Source: Macrostomum hystrix (Eukaryota; Animalia; Platyhelminthes). Taken from it: a DNA stretch of 64,000 nucleotides. Below are positions 50,556 through 61,900 of this stretch, piece by piece. The stretch's first letter is position 1. Every line of letters starts with the position of its first letter. The translations under genes were made by a program, and so were the position numbers. Below the pieces are notes generated by a model. The model had not been told where the DNA came from. It was given only the letters and a program-made list of their open reading frames with translations, and did no database searches. The stretch spans positions 4,960,001 through 5,024,000 of the forward strand of contig CATNEN010000001.1 in assembly GCA_950097015.1 (NCBI GenBank). The letters run 5' to 3'.

Positions 50556-50860
50556 GGGGTCAGTGGCAGAGCGGTCTAACGCGTTTGCCTCCGCACCAAG
50601 GTCCCTAAGTTCGAATCCGCGGCGAGGCCACATTCATTTTGGGCGCAGCCGCGGAGAGAAGGCTTGGAGGCTTGTCGTGCAATTTCAAGGCACAGTGAGA
50701 TTGTACACTGCCTGACGATGAGAAAGTCGGGGCAGATGTACACACATGTGTGAGCGTGTGCCTGCCTGCGTACAGTATCTGTGTGCGTGTGTGCTCAGGA
50801 GTCAGCGAAATGGGCAGAATTGCCTCCTCGCTGGCTGCGGGTCTAGTGTCACTCAATGAT
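50556..50860 (+). mobile_element. SINE family B upstream of RMI2
   Basis: GGGGTCAGTGGCAGAGCGGTCTAACGCG (tRNA-Leu/Ser-like D-arm, A box), AGTTCGAATCC (B box) and family body. Confidence 0.9.
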
Positions 50861-50984
50861 GTACATTTTCAGTCCATGGCCTGGGAAGACAAGCATACGC
50901 AGAAATTCCTCAGGTCTGAGATTTGATCTCTCGACCTCCCGACTTTAATCTTTGCAGCGAAGAAGTTTTTTAAAAAAATCGCCA

Positions 50985-51437
50985 ATGCCTCTAACTTTGC
51001 CCATTCGCAAACTGTGGATCTCCCACTTATTGTCCGGCTGTTTACCGTCTGATCAGCTCAGCGATTTCACCTGGAGCACCCGGCATATTGTGGACCCGGA
51101 CACGCAGTCGGATAGGGAACTGCAGTTCAACATGGCCTGGCTGCAAGGTCGAGTTGTTGCCATGCTGGCCGACGATCTATTCCTATTGGACGACGGCACC
51201 GGTCGACTGCGTGTGCCTCTGTTGTCCCACCAGTTGCACTATTTTAGACAACTGAGGCCTGGTGATTACGTACAGTTGATTGTCTCCCTGAGACCAGATT
51301 TCGATTCTCGCGACGCAATCTCCGGATCGGATGTGGTTGTAGACGTTGTTAAACTGTCTGTGCTCAACGATTTCGATAGTAAAACAATGGCACAATTGTG
51401 GGATCTGGAGGTTGAGGAGAGCTGCTTGAGATTCTGA
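50985..51437 (+). CDS. RMI2: RecQ-mediated genome instability protein 2-like OB-fold protein, 150 aa, single coding exon
   Basis: PIRKLWI, AWLQGRVV, LDDGTG, PGDYVQLI, VKLSVL and C-terminal LWDLEVEE, matching RMI2 (VWMQG...GxYVMV...WELEVED). ATG at 50985. Confidence 0.85.
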   Translation: MPLTLPIRKLWISHLLSGCLPSDQLSDFTWSTRHIVDPDTQSDRELQFNMAWLQGRVVAMLADDLFLLDDGTGRLRVPLLSHQLHYFRQLRPGDYVQLIVSLRPDFDSRDAISGSDVVVDVVKLSVLNDFDSKTMAQLWDLEVEESCLRF

Positions 51438-51470
51438 CGCGTCTTTGGGCGGGAATCGGATGAACTAGCT

Positions 51471-52340
51471 AGGAATCCGCCCAATTTGAATTTAAGTAAG
51501 CTAGGAATCCGCCGAATAAGAATAATGTAGACAGAGAATCCGCCGAATCAGAAGTTATTTAGGCAAGGAATACGCCGAATCAGAATTTAGTAGACTGAGA
51601 ATCCGCCGAATCAGAATTTAGTAGACTGAGAATCCGCCGAATCAGAATTTATGTAGGCTAGGAATCCGCCGAATCAGCATTTATGTAGGCTAGGAATCCG
51701 CCGAATCAGAATTTATGTAGTCTAGGAATCCGCCGAATCAGAATTTATGTAGACTAGGAATCCGCCGAATGAGAATTTATGTAAGCTAGGAATCCGCCGA
51801 ATCAGAATTTATGTAGGCTAGGAATCCGCCGAATCAGAATTTATGTAGGCTAGGAATCCGCCGAATCAGAATTTATGTAGGGTAGGAATCCGCCGAATCA
51901 GAATTTATGTAGGCAAGGAATCCGCCGAATCAGAATTTAGTGGACTGAGAATCCGCCGAATCAGAACTTATGTAGGCTAGGAATCCGCCGAATCAGTATT
52001 TAGTAGACTGAGAATCCGCCGAATCAGAATTTATGTAGGGTAGGAATCCGCCGAATCAGAATTTATGTAGGCTAGGAATCCGCCGAATCAGAATTTATGT
52101 AGGGTAGGAATCCGCCGAATCAGAATTTATGTAGGCAAGGAATCCGCCGAATCAGAATATATGTAAGCTAGGAATCCGCCGAATCAGAATATATGTAGGC
52201 TAGGAATCCGCCGAATCAGAATTTATGTAAGCTAGGAATCCGCCGAATCAGAATTTATGTAAGCTAGGAATCCGCCGAATCAGAATTTATGTAAGCTAGG
52301 AATCCGCCGAATCAGAATATAGTAGACTAGGAACCCGCCA
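51471..52340. repeat. 31-32-bp minisatellite (AGGAATCCGCCGAATCAGAATTTATGTAGGCT), ~27 copies, 3' of RMI2
   Basis: Direct periodicity. Confidence 0.97.
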
Positions 52341-52682
52341 AAGGGGCTATGAATCCATTCATATTAGTACTCTTCAGTTGTTGCATATTAACTTACCGTT
52401 TTTAATCAAAACTTATCCTAATTTTAATGGAACTTGTTCTGGCATTTTAAGTACGAGCTAGAAAAATAGCATTCTATTCTCTAGGGTGTTGTATTAGTCT
52501 GTAAAATACTTTTATGTAGTTTTTATTGCTAAATGAAAATTAATTGCATATTACGATAAAAACTAATGTATAAAATAGATTATTATTAACTTAAAGAAAT
52601 TGTTAAAAAGTTGCAATTTACGCCATTTGCGGCCAATTGGTAACGAACTCAACAACTTTTTATATTGCTTTTTTATATATTC

Positions 52683-53690
52683 TATCTTCCCATCACCACA
52701 GCCAATATCTTCCCATCACCACAGCCTCTGTCTTCCCATCCCCAAAGCCACTATCTTCCCATCCTCAAAGCCGCTATCTTCCCATCCTCAAAGCCACTAT
52801 CTTCCCATCCCTATTGCCACAATCTTCCCATTCCTAATCCCACTATCTTCCCATCCCTAATCCCACTATCTTCCCCATCCCCAAAGCCACTATCTTCCCA
52901 TCCCTATAGCCGCAATCTTCCCATCCCTATAGCCGCAATCTTCCCATCCCTATAGCCGCAATCTTCCCATCCCTAAAGCTGCAATCTTCCCATCCCTAAA
53001 GCTGCAATCTTCCCATCCCTATAGCCGCAATCTTCCCATCCCTATAGCCGCAATCTTCCCATCCCTATTGCCACAATCTTCCCATCCCTAATCCCACTAT
53101 CTTCCCCATCCCCAAAGCCACTATCTTCCCATCCCTATAGCCACTATCTTCCCATCCCTATAGCCACTATCTTCCCATCCCTAATCCCACTATCTTCCCA
53201 TCCCTATAGCCGCAATCTTCCCATCCCTATAGCCACAATCTTCCCATCCCTAAAGCTGCAATCTTCCCATCCCTAAAGCTGCAATCTTCCCATCCCTAAT
53301 CCCACTATCTTCCCCATCCCCAAAGCCACTATCTTCCCATCCCTATAGCCACAATCTTCCCATCCCTATTGCCACAATCTTCCCATCCCTAATCCCACTA
53401 TCTTCCCATCCCTATAGCCGCAATCTTCCCATCCCTATAGCCACTATCTTCCCATCCCTATAGCCACAATCTTCCTATCCCTATAGCCGCAATCTTCCCA
53501 TCCCTATAGCCACTATCTTCCCATCCCTATAGCCACAATCTTCCTATCCCTATAGCCGCAATCTTCCCATCCCTATAGCCGCAATCTTCCCATCCCTATA
53601 GCCACAATCTTCCCATCCCTAAAGCTGCAATCTTCCCATCCCTATAGCCACTATCTTCCCATCTCTAAAGCCACTATTTTCCCATCCCTA
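52683..53690. repeat. 23-bp minisatellite (ATCTTCCCATCCCTATAGCCGCA), ~43 copies
   Basis: Direct periodicity; begins about 130 nt past the stop codon of the minus-strand membrane gene. Confidence 0.97.
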
Positions 53691-53818
53691 ATCCTGATGT
53701 CAGATGTAACGTATTTGAAACGAAACGAAAAAAGGAATTCATAAAACTATGTTGCATATATTACACAATGTTGCTTTTCGCCGCAAACAGTGGAGATATA
53801 CTCGTATTTTGTTTAAGG

Positions 53819-56800
53819 CTATATTTTAAAATAAAATTGTGCGACATTTTCCAATCTATACTGTTCCATTCTCTGAACCATGTCGATTAAATCTTGGTCG
53901 GGACACTTGAAATACTCAGCCAGGTTGAAATCTGGATCCCCTATGGGTACTAGAATAGTAATCTTATCTAATTCAGTCCGTTGGCAACTCTTGGCCTTGT
54001 ACAGAATCGGTAGACAAATTGTTACTATGGCGGCAAGAGCGAAAACAAGCAGCAGCAATGGTACTAGTAGCTGCCAAGCTGTCGACTTTATATTGCTATT
54101 GCTGCTGCGGCTGATTCCAATCGGTCTGTCGTCAGTTTTAATGGTGTAATTGTCTGTCGCAGCCACCGTCGATATTTGTTCCTCGGTGTCGTTCTTTGGA
54201 ATTAAAATTGCTTCTAGTGAGCGAGGCAGCGGACAATTGATTTCTGAATTTTCTGTGCACTGGTGTGAAGGATTTCGAACTAGAAAAAGCGTAGAACACA
54301 AAGTTAGATAAAGTTTTAATTGTTTGTTTAATTAATAAACTGAGCAAATCAACATGGGGAGAGGTGATGTCCTTTGTTCCTCTCCTATCTATCTCTCATG
54401 TCTCTTCTCTATCTACCTAGTTATGATCTCCCTTCTCTATCTACCTTTAATCTCCCTTCTCTATCTACCTTTAATCTCCCTTCTCTATCTACCTTTAATC
54501 TCCCTTCTCTATCTACCTTTAATCTCCCTTCTCTATCTACCTTTAATCTCCCTTCTCTATCTACCTTTAATCTCCCTTCTCTATCTACCTTTAATCTCCC
54601 TTCTCTATCTACCTTTAATCTCCCTTCTCTATCTACCTTTAATCTCCCTTCTCTATCTACCTTTAATCTCCCTTCTCTATCTACCTTTAATCTCCCTTCT
54701 CTATCTAACTTTAATCTCCCTTCTCTATCTACCTTTAATCTCCCTTCTCTATCTACCTTTTATTTTTATTCTCTATCTACTTCTCTATCTACTTCTCTAT
54801 CTACTTCTCTATCTACTTCTCTATCTACTTCTTTATCTACTTCTCTATCTACTTCTTTATCTACTTCTCTATCTATCTTCTCTATCTACTTATCTACTTG
54901 TCTATCTACTTATCTACTTTTTTGTCTACTTCTCTGTCTACTTCTTTATCTACTTCTCTAACTATCTTCTCTATCTACATTTAATATTCCTTCTCTTTCG
55001 TCATCTCCTGTCTCTCCATCTACCTCTCCTATCGTGGAAAATTCATGGAGAATAGTTCGTGAATTAGAATAATTCTCTTCTTCAAAAATCAAAGTCATGT
55101 CAACTCACTGACAATGTCACAGAATGGTTGTGAATAAGCGATCAGATGACTTTCGTTCAAGCTGTGCGCATCGCTAATGGCCTGGTGTTCTCGGTACATC
55201 TGCAAGTTTAGGTAGATATAAATAGTCATACGAGTAGTTTCTTTTTCACTATTTCTTTGCTAAGGCACAATAAATGTACACGCAAAAGCAAAACTAATGG
55301 ATTGAAAAGCTTACCAGTGCCGAGAATCTAATAAAACAGGTGGATGGCAGATGCTCGTGCGGTAAGCTGATAATCAGGAAGCAGTAGGATGAGTTAGCTA
55401 GACGTTGAACCTTAAAGCAGAGAAAATTATTCTTTTTCTTTTTTACATCTACAAATTAAAACTCACATTATACGTACACACAATAAAGACAGCTATGCTG
55501 CAAATAGTCCATTATCGATCCAGATGTACATGCAGACACCACTGTGCTAAAAATAGAACGAATTACTGATCCAGATGTACATGCAGACACAACTGTGCTA
55601 AAAATAGAATCAATTCCCGATCCAGATGTACATGCAGACACAACTGTGCTAAAAATAGAATCAATTCCGATCAAGATGTACATGCAGACACCACTGTGCT
55701 AAAAATATAATCAATCATCGATCCAGATGTACATGCTGATTCAATCCATGAAGACTTACTATATATGAAGTCTTACACAAACAAAAAGCAAAAAAATCTT
55801 TACGATAAATTATCCTGATTAGATTGATGACACCACTAATTCAAAGCTAAAAATAAAAATCATTGTTTAATGCAAATTTAAGCGGAGACATCACTGTGTT
55901 ATCAACATCTATTGGTTAAAATTGGTGCAAATATAATATCTGATTAATTCTAACCTGTTCCGCACCGAATGGAATACTTATAGTAGCAAAGTCAAGCAAT
56001 TCGCCGATAAGCACAATTCCATCGTAATCAGTATATTCGGATTTGAAGTACAACAGGACAGCGGATTTATCGTCAGCTGACTGCAGGCCGTGAAGTTGCG
56101 CTCCGCTTCGATTCAATGACAGCCATGGAATTTCGCCACTAATCACAGTCACATCGCCGCGGTCGATCTTTAGTTGGGCTACAGAGTAAAAAGTGTTTCA
56201 TATTTACTAAAATATTTTAATTTATTAGTAACTAACTATTGACGACTCCCGCTGATATTCTAGCTGCGACTCCTGCTGCGATTCTAGCTACGCCTCCTGC
56301 TGTGATTCTAGCCTCGACTCCTGCTGCGATTCTAGCTGCGACTCCTGCTGTGATTCTAGCTGCGACTCCTGCTGCGATTCTAGCTACGACTCCTGATGCG
56401 ATTCTAGCTGCGCCTCCTGCTGCGATTCTAGCTGCGCCTCCTGCTGCGATTCTCGCTACGACTCCTGCTGCGATTCGAGCTACGACTCCTGCTGCGATTC
56501 TAGCTACGACTCCTGCTACGATTCTAGCTGCGACTCCTGCTGCGATTCTAGCTACGACTCCTGCTGTGATTCTAGCTACGCCTCCTGCTGCGATTCTAGC
56601 TACGACTCCTGCTGCGATTCTAGAAGCGCCTCCTGCTGCGATTCTAGAAGCGCCTCCTGCTGCGATTCTAGCTGCGCCTCCTGCTGCGATTCTCGCTACG
56701 ACTCCTGCTGCGATTCTAGCTACGACTCCTGCTGCGATTCTAGCTACGACTCCTGCTGCGATTCTAGCTACGACTCCTGCTGCGATTATAGCTTCGACTC

Positions 56801-57172
56801 CTGCTGCGATTCTAGCTACGACTCCTGCTGCGATTCTAGCTACGACTCCTGCTGCGATTCTAGCTACGACTCCTGCTGCGATTATAGCTTCGACTCCTGC
56901 TGCGATTCTAGCTGCGACTCCTGCTGCGATTCTAGCTACGACTCCTGCTGCGATTCTAGCTACGACTCCTGCTGCGATTCTAGCTTCGACTCCTGCTGCG
57001 ATTCTAGCTGCGCCTCCTGCTGCGATTCTAGCTACGACTTCTGCTGCGATTCTAGCTACGACTCCTGCTGCGATTCCGCGATTAAGGCATGAAAGCTCGA
57101 CTTACCAGCTGAAAAAGTGCTAGACGAAATTGCGCTTATTAATAACAAAAGAAAGCTACTGGCGCTTGTCAT
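53819..57172 (-). CDS. Orphan type-I single-pass membrane protein, ~312 aa, 5 exons
   Basis: Exons 57172-57106, 56178-55955, 55410-55315, 55199-55109 and 54279-53819; GT-AG, phases 1,0,0,1, open throughout. Signal peptide MTSASSFLLLLISAISSSTFSA, ectodomain with Cys and NxS/T sites, TM WQLLVPLLLLVFALAAIVTICLPILY, cytoplasmic tail. Confidence 0.78.
54400..54965. repeat. 24-bp (CTCTATCTACCTTTAATCTCCCTT) then 12-bp (CTCTATCTACTT) intronic satellite
   Basis: Direct periodicity. Confidence 0.95.
55515..55737. repeat. ~51-bp repeat x4 (GATCCAGATGTACATGCAGACAC...)
   Basis: Direct periodicity. Confidence 0.9.
56242..57076. repeat. 24-bp minisatellite (ACTCCTGCTGCGATTCTAGCTACG), ~35 copies, intronic
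   Basis: Direct periodicity. Confidence 0.97.
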
Positions 57173-57414
57173 TATTCTCAATCTAAACACTTTGCTGCAA
57201 AAAGAAACCACACATTTTTGTATAAAACACTTTTTTGGCGCTTTGCTTTGTTTTTATCTTTCTTTATAACAAATTGTTTGTTAACAATTCGCGGTGACTA
57301 AGATGTATGCAACATTCAATTGCTTTTTTTTAAAAGGCAGGATTGAGAAGGAGACAAGCAGCCCCTTCTCTTTCTCTGCTCGCGTGTGAGTCATCCTTCG
57401 TTAACAACCAGCTT

Positions 57415-57665
57415 GATGCAGTGGCACATCATTTGCTGACACTAGACCCGCAGCCAGTGAGAAGGCGATTCCGCCCATTTCGCAGACTCCTGAGCACACA
57501 CGCACACAGATACTGTATGCAGGCTCACGCTCACACAGGTGTGTACATCTGCCCTGACTTTCTCATTGTCAGGCAGTGTACAATCTCACTGTGCCTTGGA
57601 GGTTGGCCCTCAAATTGCACGACCAACCCCCAAGCCTTCTCTTTGCGAATCTAGCTCAGGGACCT
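57415..57665 (-). mobile_element. SINE family B copy
   Basis: Reverse family body (GACACTAGACCCGCAGCCAG...CCCCAAGCCTTCTC). Confidence 0.85.
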
Positions 57666-58014
57666 ATGTACGAGCTCAATGCAACACTTAGAACTCATTT
57701 TAACGAAACAAAATAAAAAAAGAATGAGCTTATGACCATTTCTAATAGCATTGTTGGTCCCAGCCTATGTCAATCAAGTAAGGATATATTTCTTTAAAAT
57801 CAAATAAAACACGTCAAATGGAGTCTTACTGAAATGTTAGTTAAACACAATGGAAATAAATAGAATCGAGTGTAGTGTCGACAATAAAACTGGTGATGAA
57901 ATCAATAAAAATGGTAGCACAGAAAATATGACTTCAAGTTGCTTTTAAAAGTGGCTTAAAAAGTATGTCATGTTAATAATAAGTCTTATGCTAATAACTT
58001 TATATGTAACTTAA

Positions 58015-58728
58015 TCTACGATTCCTGAAGCGATATCTTACAAGGCTTCTACGATTCCAGCTAAAATTCAGCTCCAACTGCCATTCTATAGCTCCGGTTC
58101 CTGCTTCGATTCCAGCTACAGCTCCAAGTGCAATACTAGCTGCGATTCCTGCTTGGGATCCAGCTAAGGTTCCAACTGCAATTCTAGCTGCGGTTCCTGC
58201 TTCGATTCCAGCTACAGCTCCAAGTGCAATTCTAGCTGCGATTCCTGCTTGGGATCCAGCTAAGGTTCCAACTGCAATTCTAGCTGCGGTTCCTGCTTCG
58301 ATTCCAGCTACATCTCCAAGTGCAATACTAGCTGCGATTCCTGCTTGGGATCCAGCTAAGGTTCCAACTGCAATTCTAGCTGCGGTTCCTGCTTCGATTC
58401 CAGCTACAAAGCCAACTGCAATTCTAGCTGCGATTCCTGCTTCGATTCCAGCTACAAAGTTAACTGCAATTCTAGCTGCGGTTTCTGCTTCGATTCCAGC
58501 TACAAAGCCAACTGCAATTCTAGCTGCGATTCCTGCTTCGATTCCAGCAACAATCCCAACTGAAATTCTAGCTGCGATTCCTGCTTCGGATCCAGCTACG
58601 GTTCCAACTGCAATTCTAGCTGCGATTTCTGCTTCGATTCCAGCTACATCTACTACTACAATTATGCGATTCCTACTTCGATTCCAGCTACAATGCCAAC
58701 TGTAACTCTAGCTGCGATTCCTGCTTCA
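58015..58728. repeat. Diverged 12/24/48-bp higher-order satellite (GCGATTCCTGCT/GCAATTCTAGCT)
   Basis: Related to the 56242 and 59750 arrays. Confidence 0.9.
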
Positions 58729-58920
58729 TGTTAACATTACAGCCAATTTCGCCAAAGTTATAAATAACGTAAATTTCAGCTGATTTTCAAGCGATTAGAA
58801 ACTCATTTAAGTGACTTTAAAAGTCCATTTTTTTAAGTTTAGCTCCTTTTATAGAATGATTTTTTGCTGTACACAAAATTTACGAATTTCGCTAGCCGAA
58901 ATTTAAATTTCGAGAGCATT

Positions 58921-61900
58921 TCAATGCCCATTTGCTATGCCATTACCGTTGGCAAGGCACGGCTGACGAAACTCGCCAGTTTCGCATTGCGTCTCGTCTC
59001 GTCTCTCGTCTTGCGGGTGGTAAATGACGACCATCCGCTCAGCGTCAATGTGTCCGTTTGCGTGGCAACTCCATTGTTCGCTCATGTGCCTTGGAAACAA
59101 TCAGGTTGAGATGCTATTGTCACTCCCATTTCCTTCCTCCCCCTATTTCCATTCAACTCCCATTTCCTTCCATCCCCTATTTCCTTCCGTTCCAATACTT
59201 CCGCCCCCTATTTCCTTCCGCCCCCCTATTTCCTTCCGTCCCAATCCTTCCGCCCCCTATTTCCTTCCATCCCCTATTTCCTTCCGTCCCAATCCTTCCG
59301 CCCCCTATTTCCTTCCATCCCCTATTTCCTTCCGTCCCAATCCTTCCGCCCCTATTTCCTTCCGCCCCCCCAATTATCCTTTCGCTCCTATTCTTTCCTC
59401 CCCTCTTCCCTCCGCCCCTTATCCATCCGCCCCTCTTCACTCCGCCCCTTATCCACCCGCCCCTCTTCCTACCGCCCCTTCCCAGTCAGGCACTCACAGT
59501 CGCTGTTTAATGATCTGGACGCAAATCCACCCGGCCAGGAACAGAGCCGCGGTGCTAACCAACAACAACAACGCCAGGGTGGTGTATCGGAAATGGCTGT
59601 CATTGTGCTTCTCCGAGAATAGATAAGCCACTTCACGGACAAAGTCCTTTATTCCGGGTGGAAAACAGTCCAGGGGCAGAACCGTAGGCTGGACGCAGCC
59701 GGCCATTGAACTGTACACTGCGGATGTCAACGCAAAAGTCATTGTCTTCCGCTGCGATTCCAGCAATGACTCCTGTTGCGATTATAGTTATTGCTCCTGC
59801 TACGATTCTAGTTATAGCTCCTGCTGCGATTCTAGTTATTGCTCCTGCTGCGATTCTAGTTATAGCTCCTGCTGCGATTCTAGTTATTGCTCCTGCTGCG
59901 ATTCTAGTTATAGCTACTGCTGCGATTCTAGTTATTGCTCCTGCTGCGATTCTAGTTATTGCTCCTGCTGCGATTCTAGTTATCGCTCCTGCTGCGATTC
60001 TAGTTATTGCTCCTGCTGCGATTCTAGTTATTGCTCCTGCTGCGATTCTAGTTATTGCTCCTGCTGCGATTCTAGTTATCGCTCCTGCTGCGATTCTAGT
60101 TATTGCTCCTGCTGCGATTCTAGTTATTGCTCCTGCTGCGATTATAGTTATTGCTCCTGCTGCGATTCTAGTTATTGCTCCTGCTGCGATTCTAGTTATT
60201 GCTCCTGCTGCGATTCTAGTTATTGCTCCTGCTGCGATTCTAGTTATTGCTCCTGCTGCGATTCTAGTTATTGCTCCTGCTGCGATTCTAGTTATTGCTC
60301 CTGCTGCGATTCTAGTTATTGCTCCTGCTGCGTTTCTAGTTATAGCTACTGCTGCGATTCTAGTTATCGCTCCTGCTGCGATTCATGGTTAAACAACTTC
60401 TACGATTCTATTGATATTTTATGGATAGAATAGATAGAATTTTGTAGATATCAGAATTTTTTATGCTTTTTCCGTTTTAATTTTTTATCAAACAATAAAG
60501 AATTTATTGGTAAAGGTCATATTTAAACGTGTTAATTAGCATTAAAAATCTATTGCTTACTTATTATTTTGCACTTTGTCATCATGTTCGGACACTGACT
60601 TGGCTCACAAACTTCAGTATTATTGATATGCCGGCCTCTGAGCTAAAAAGTAAAGCGAGATTTGTGAAATTAACAGGTTAGGACGCAATATATTACAGTA
60701 TATTACAGAACTATAACTGTCCCTAGGTTGTTTATAGATTAGACCTGTCTTTGTGTCTGTCTTTGTGCCTGTCTTTATGTCTGTCTTTATGTCTGTCTTT
60801 GTGTCTGTCTTTGTGTCTGTCTTTATGTCTGTCTTTGTGTCTGTCTTTGTGTCTGTCATTATGCCTGTCTTTGTGTCTGTCTTTGTGTCTGTCTTTGTGT
60901 CTGTCATTGTGTCTGTCTTTGTGTCTGTCATTGTGCCTGTCTTTGTGCATGTCTTTGTGTCTGTCTCTGTGTCTGTCTTTGTGTCTGTCTTTGTGTCTGT
61001 CATTGTGCCTGTCTTTGTGCCTGTCTTTCTGTCTGTCTTCGTGCCTTTCTTTGTGTCAGTTTTTCTGTCTGTCTTTGTGCCTGTCTTTGTTTCTCTCTTT
61101 GTCTCTGTCTTTGTGTCTGTCTTTGCGTTTATCTTTGCGTCTGTCTTTGTTGTCTGTCTTTGTTTCTGTATATGTCTGTCTTTGTGCCTGTCTTTGTGCC
61201 TTTCTTGTGTCTGTCTTTGTGTCTGTATGTGTCTGTCTTTGTGTCTGTCTTTGTGTCTGTCCTTGTGCCTGTCTTTCTGTCTGTCTTCGTGCCTTTCTTT
61301 GTGTCTGTTTTTCTGTCTGTCTTCGTGCCTGTCTTTGTTTCTCTCTTTGTCTCTGTCTTTGTGTCTGTCTTTGCGTTTATCTTTGTGTCTTTCTTTGTTG
61401 TCTGTCTTTGTGTCTGTCTTTGCGTTTATCTTTGTGTCTTTCTTTGTTGTCTGTCTTTATGTCTGTCTTTATGTCTGTCTTTGTGTCTGTCTTTGTGTCT
61501 GTCTTTGTGTCTTTCTTTGTGTCTGTCTTTGTGTCTGTCTTTGTGTCTGTCATTTTGTCTGTCCTTGTGTCTGTCTTTATGTCTGTCTTTGTGTCTGTCT
61601 TTGTGTCTGTATATGTCTGTCTTTGTGTCTGTCTTTGTGTCTGTCTTTGTGTCTGTCATTGTGCCTGTCTTTGTGCCTGTCTTTGTGTCTGTCATTGTTC
61701 CTGTCTTTGTGCCTGTCTTTCTGTCTGTCTTCGTGCCTTTCTTTGTGTCTGTTTTTCTGTCTGTCTTTGTGCCTGTCTTTGTTTCTCTCTTTGTCTCTGT
61801 CTTTGTGTCTGTCTTTGCGTTTATCTTTGTGTCTTTCTTTGTTGTCTGTCTTTGTGTCTGTATATGTCTGTCTTTGTGCCTGTCTTTGTATCTGTCTTTG

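Noticed and set aside
56239-57123. Ala/Thr/Pro-rich 294-aa ORF resembling an antifreeze or mucin protein (also 59706-60392)
   Set aside because: TTG start, no signal peptide, antisense within an intron; open only because the unit is 24 bp and lacks stops in that frame.
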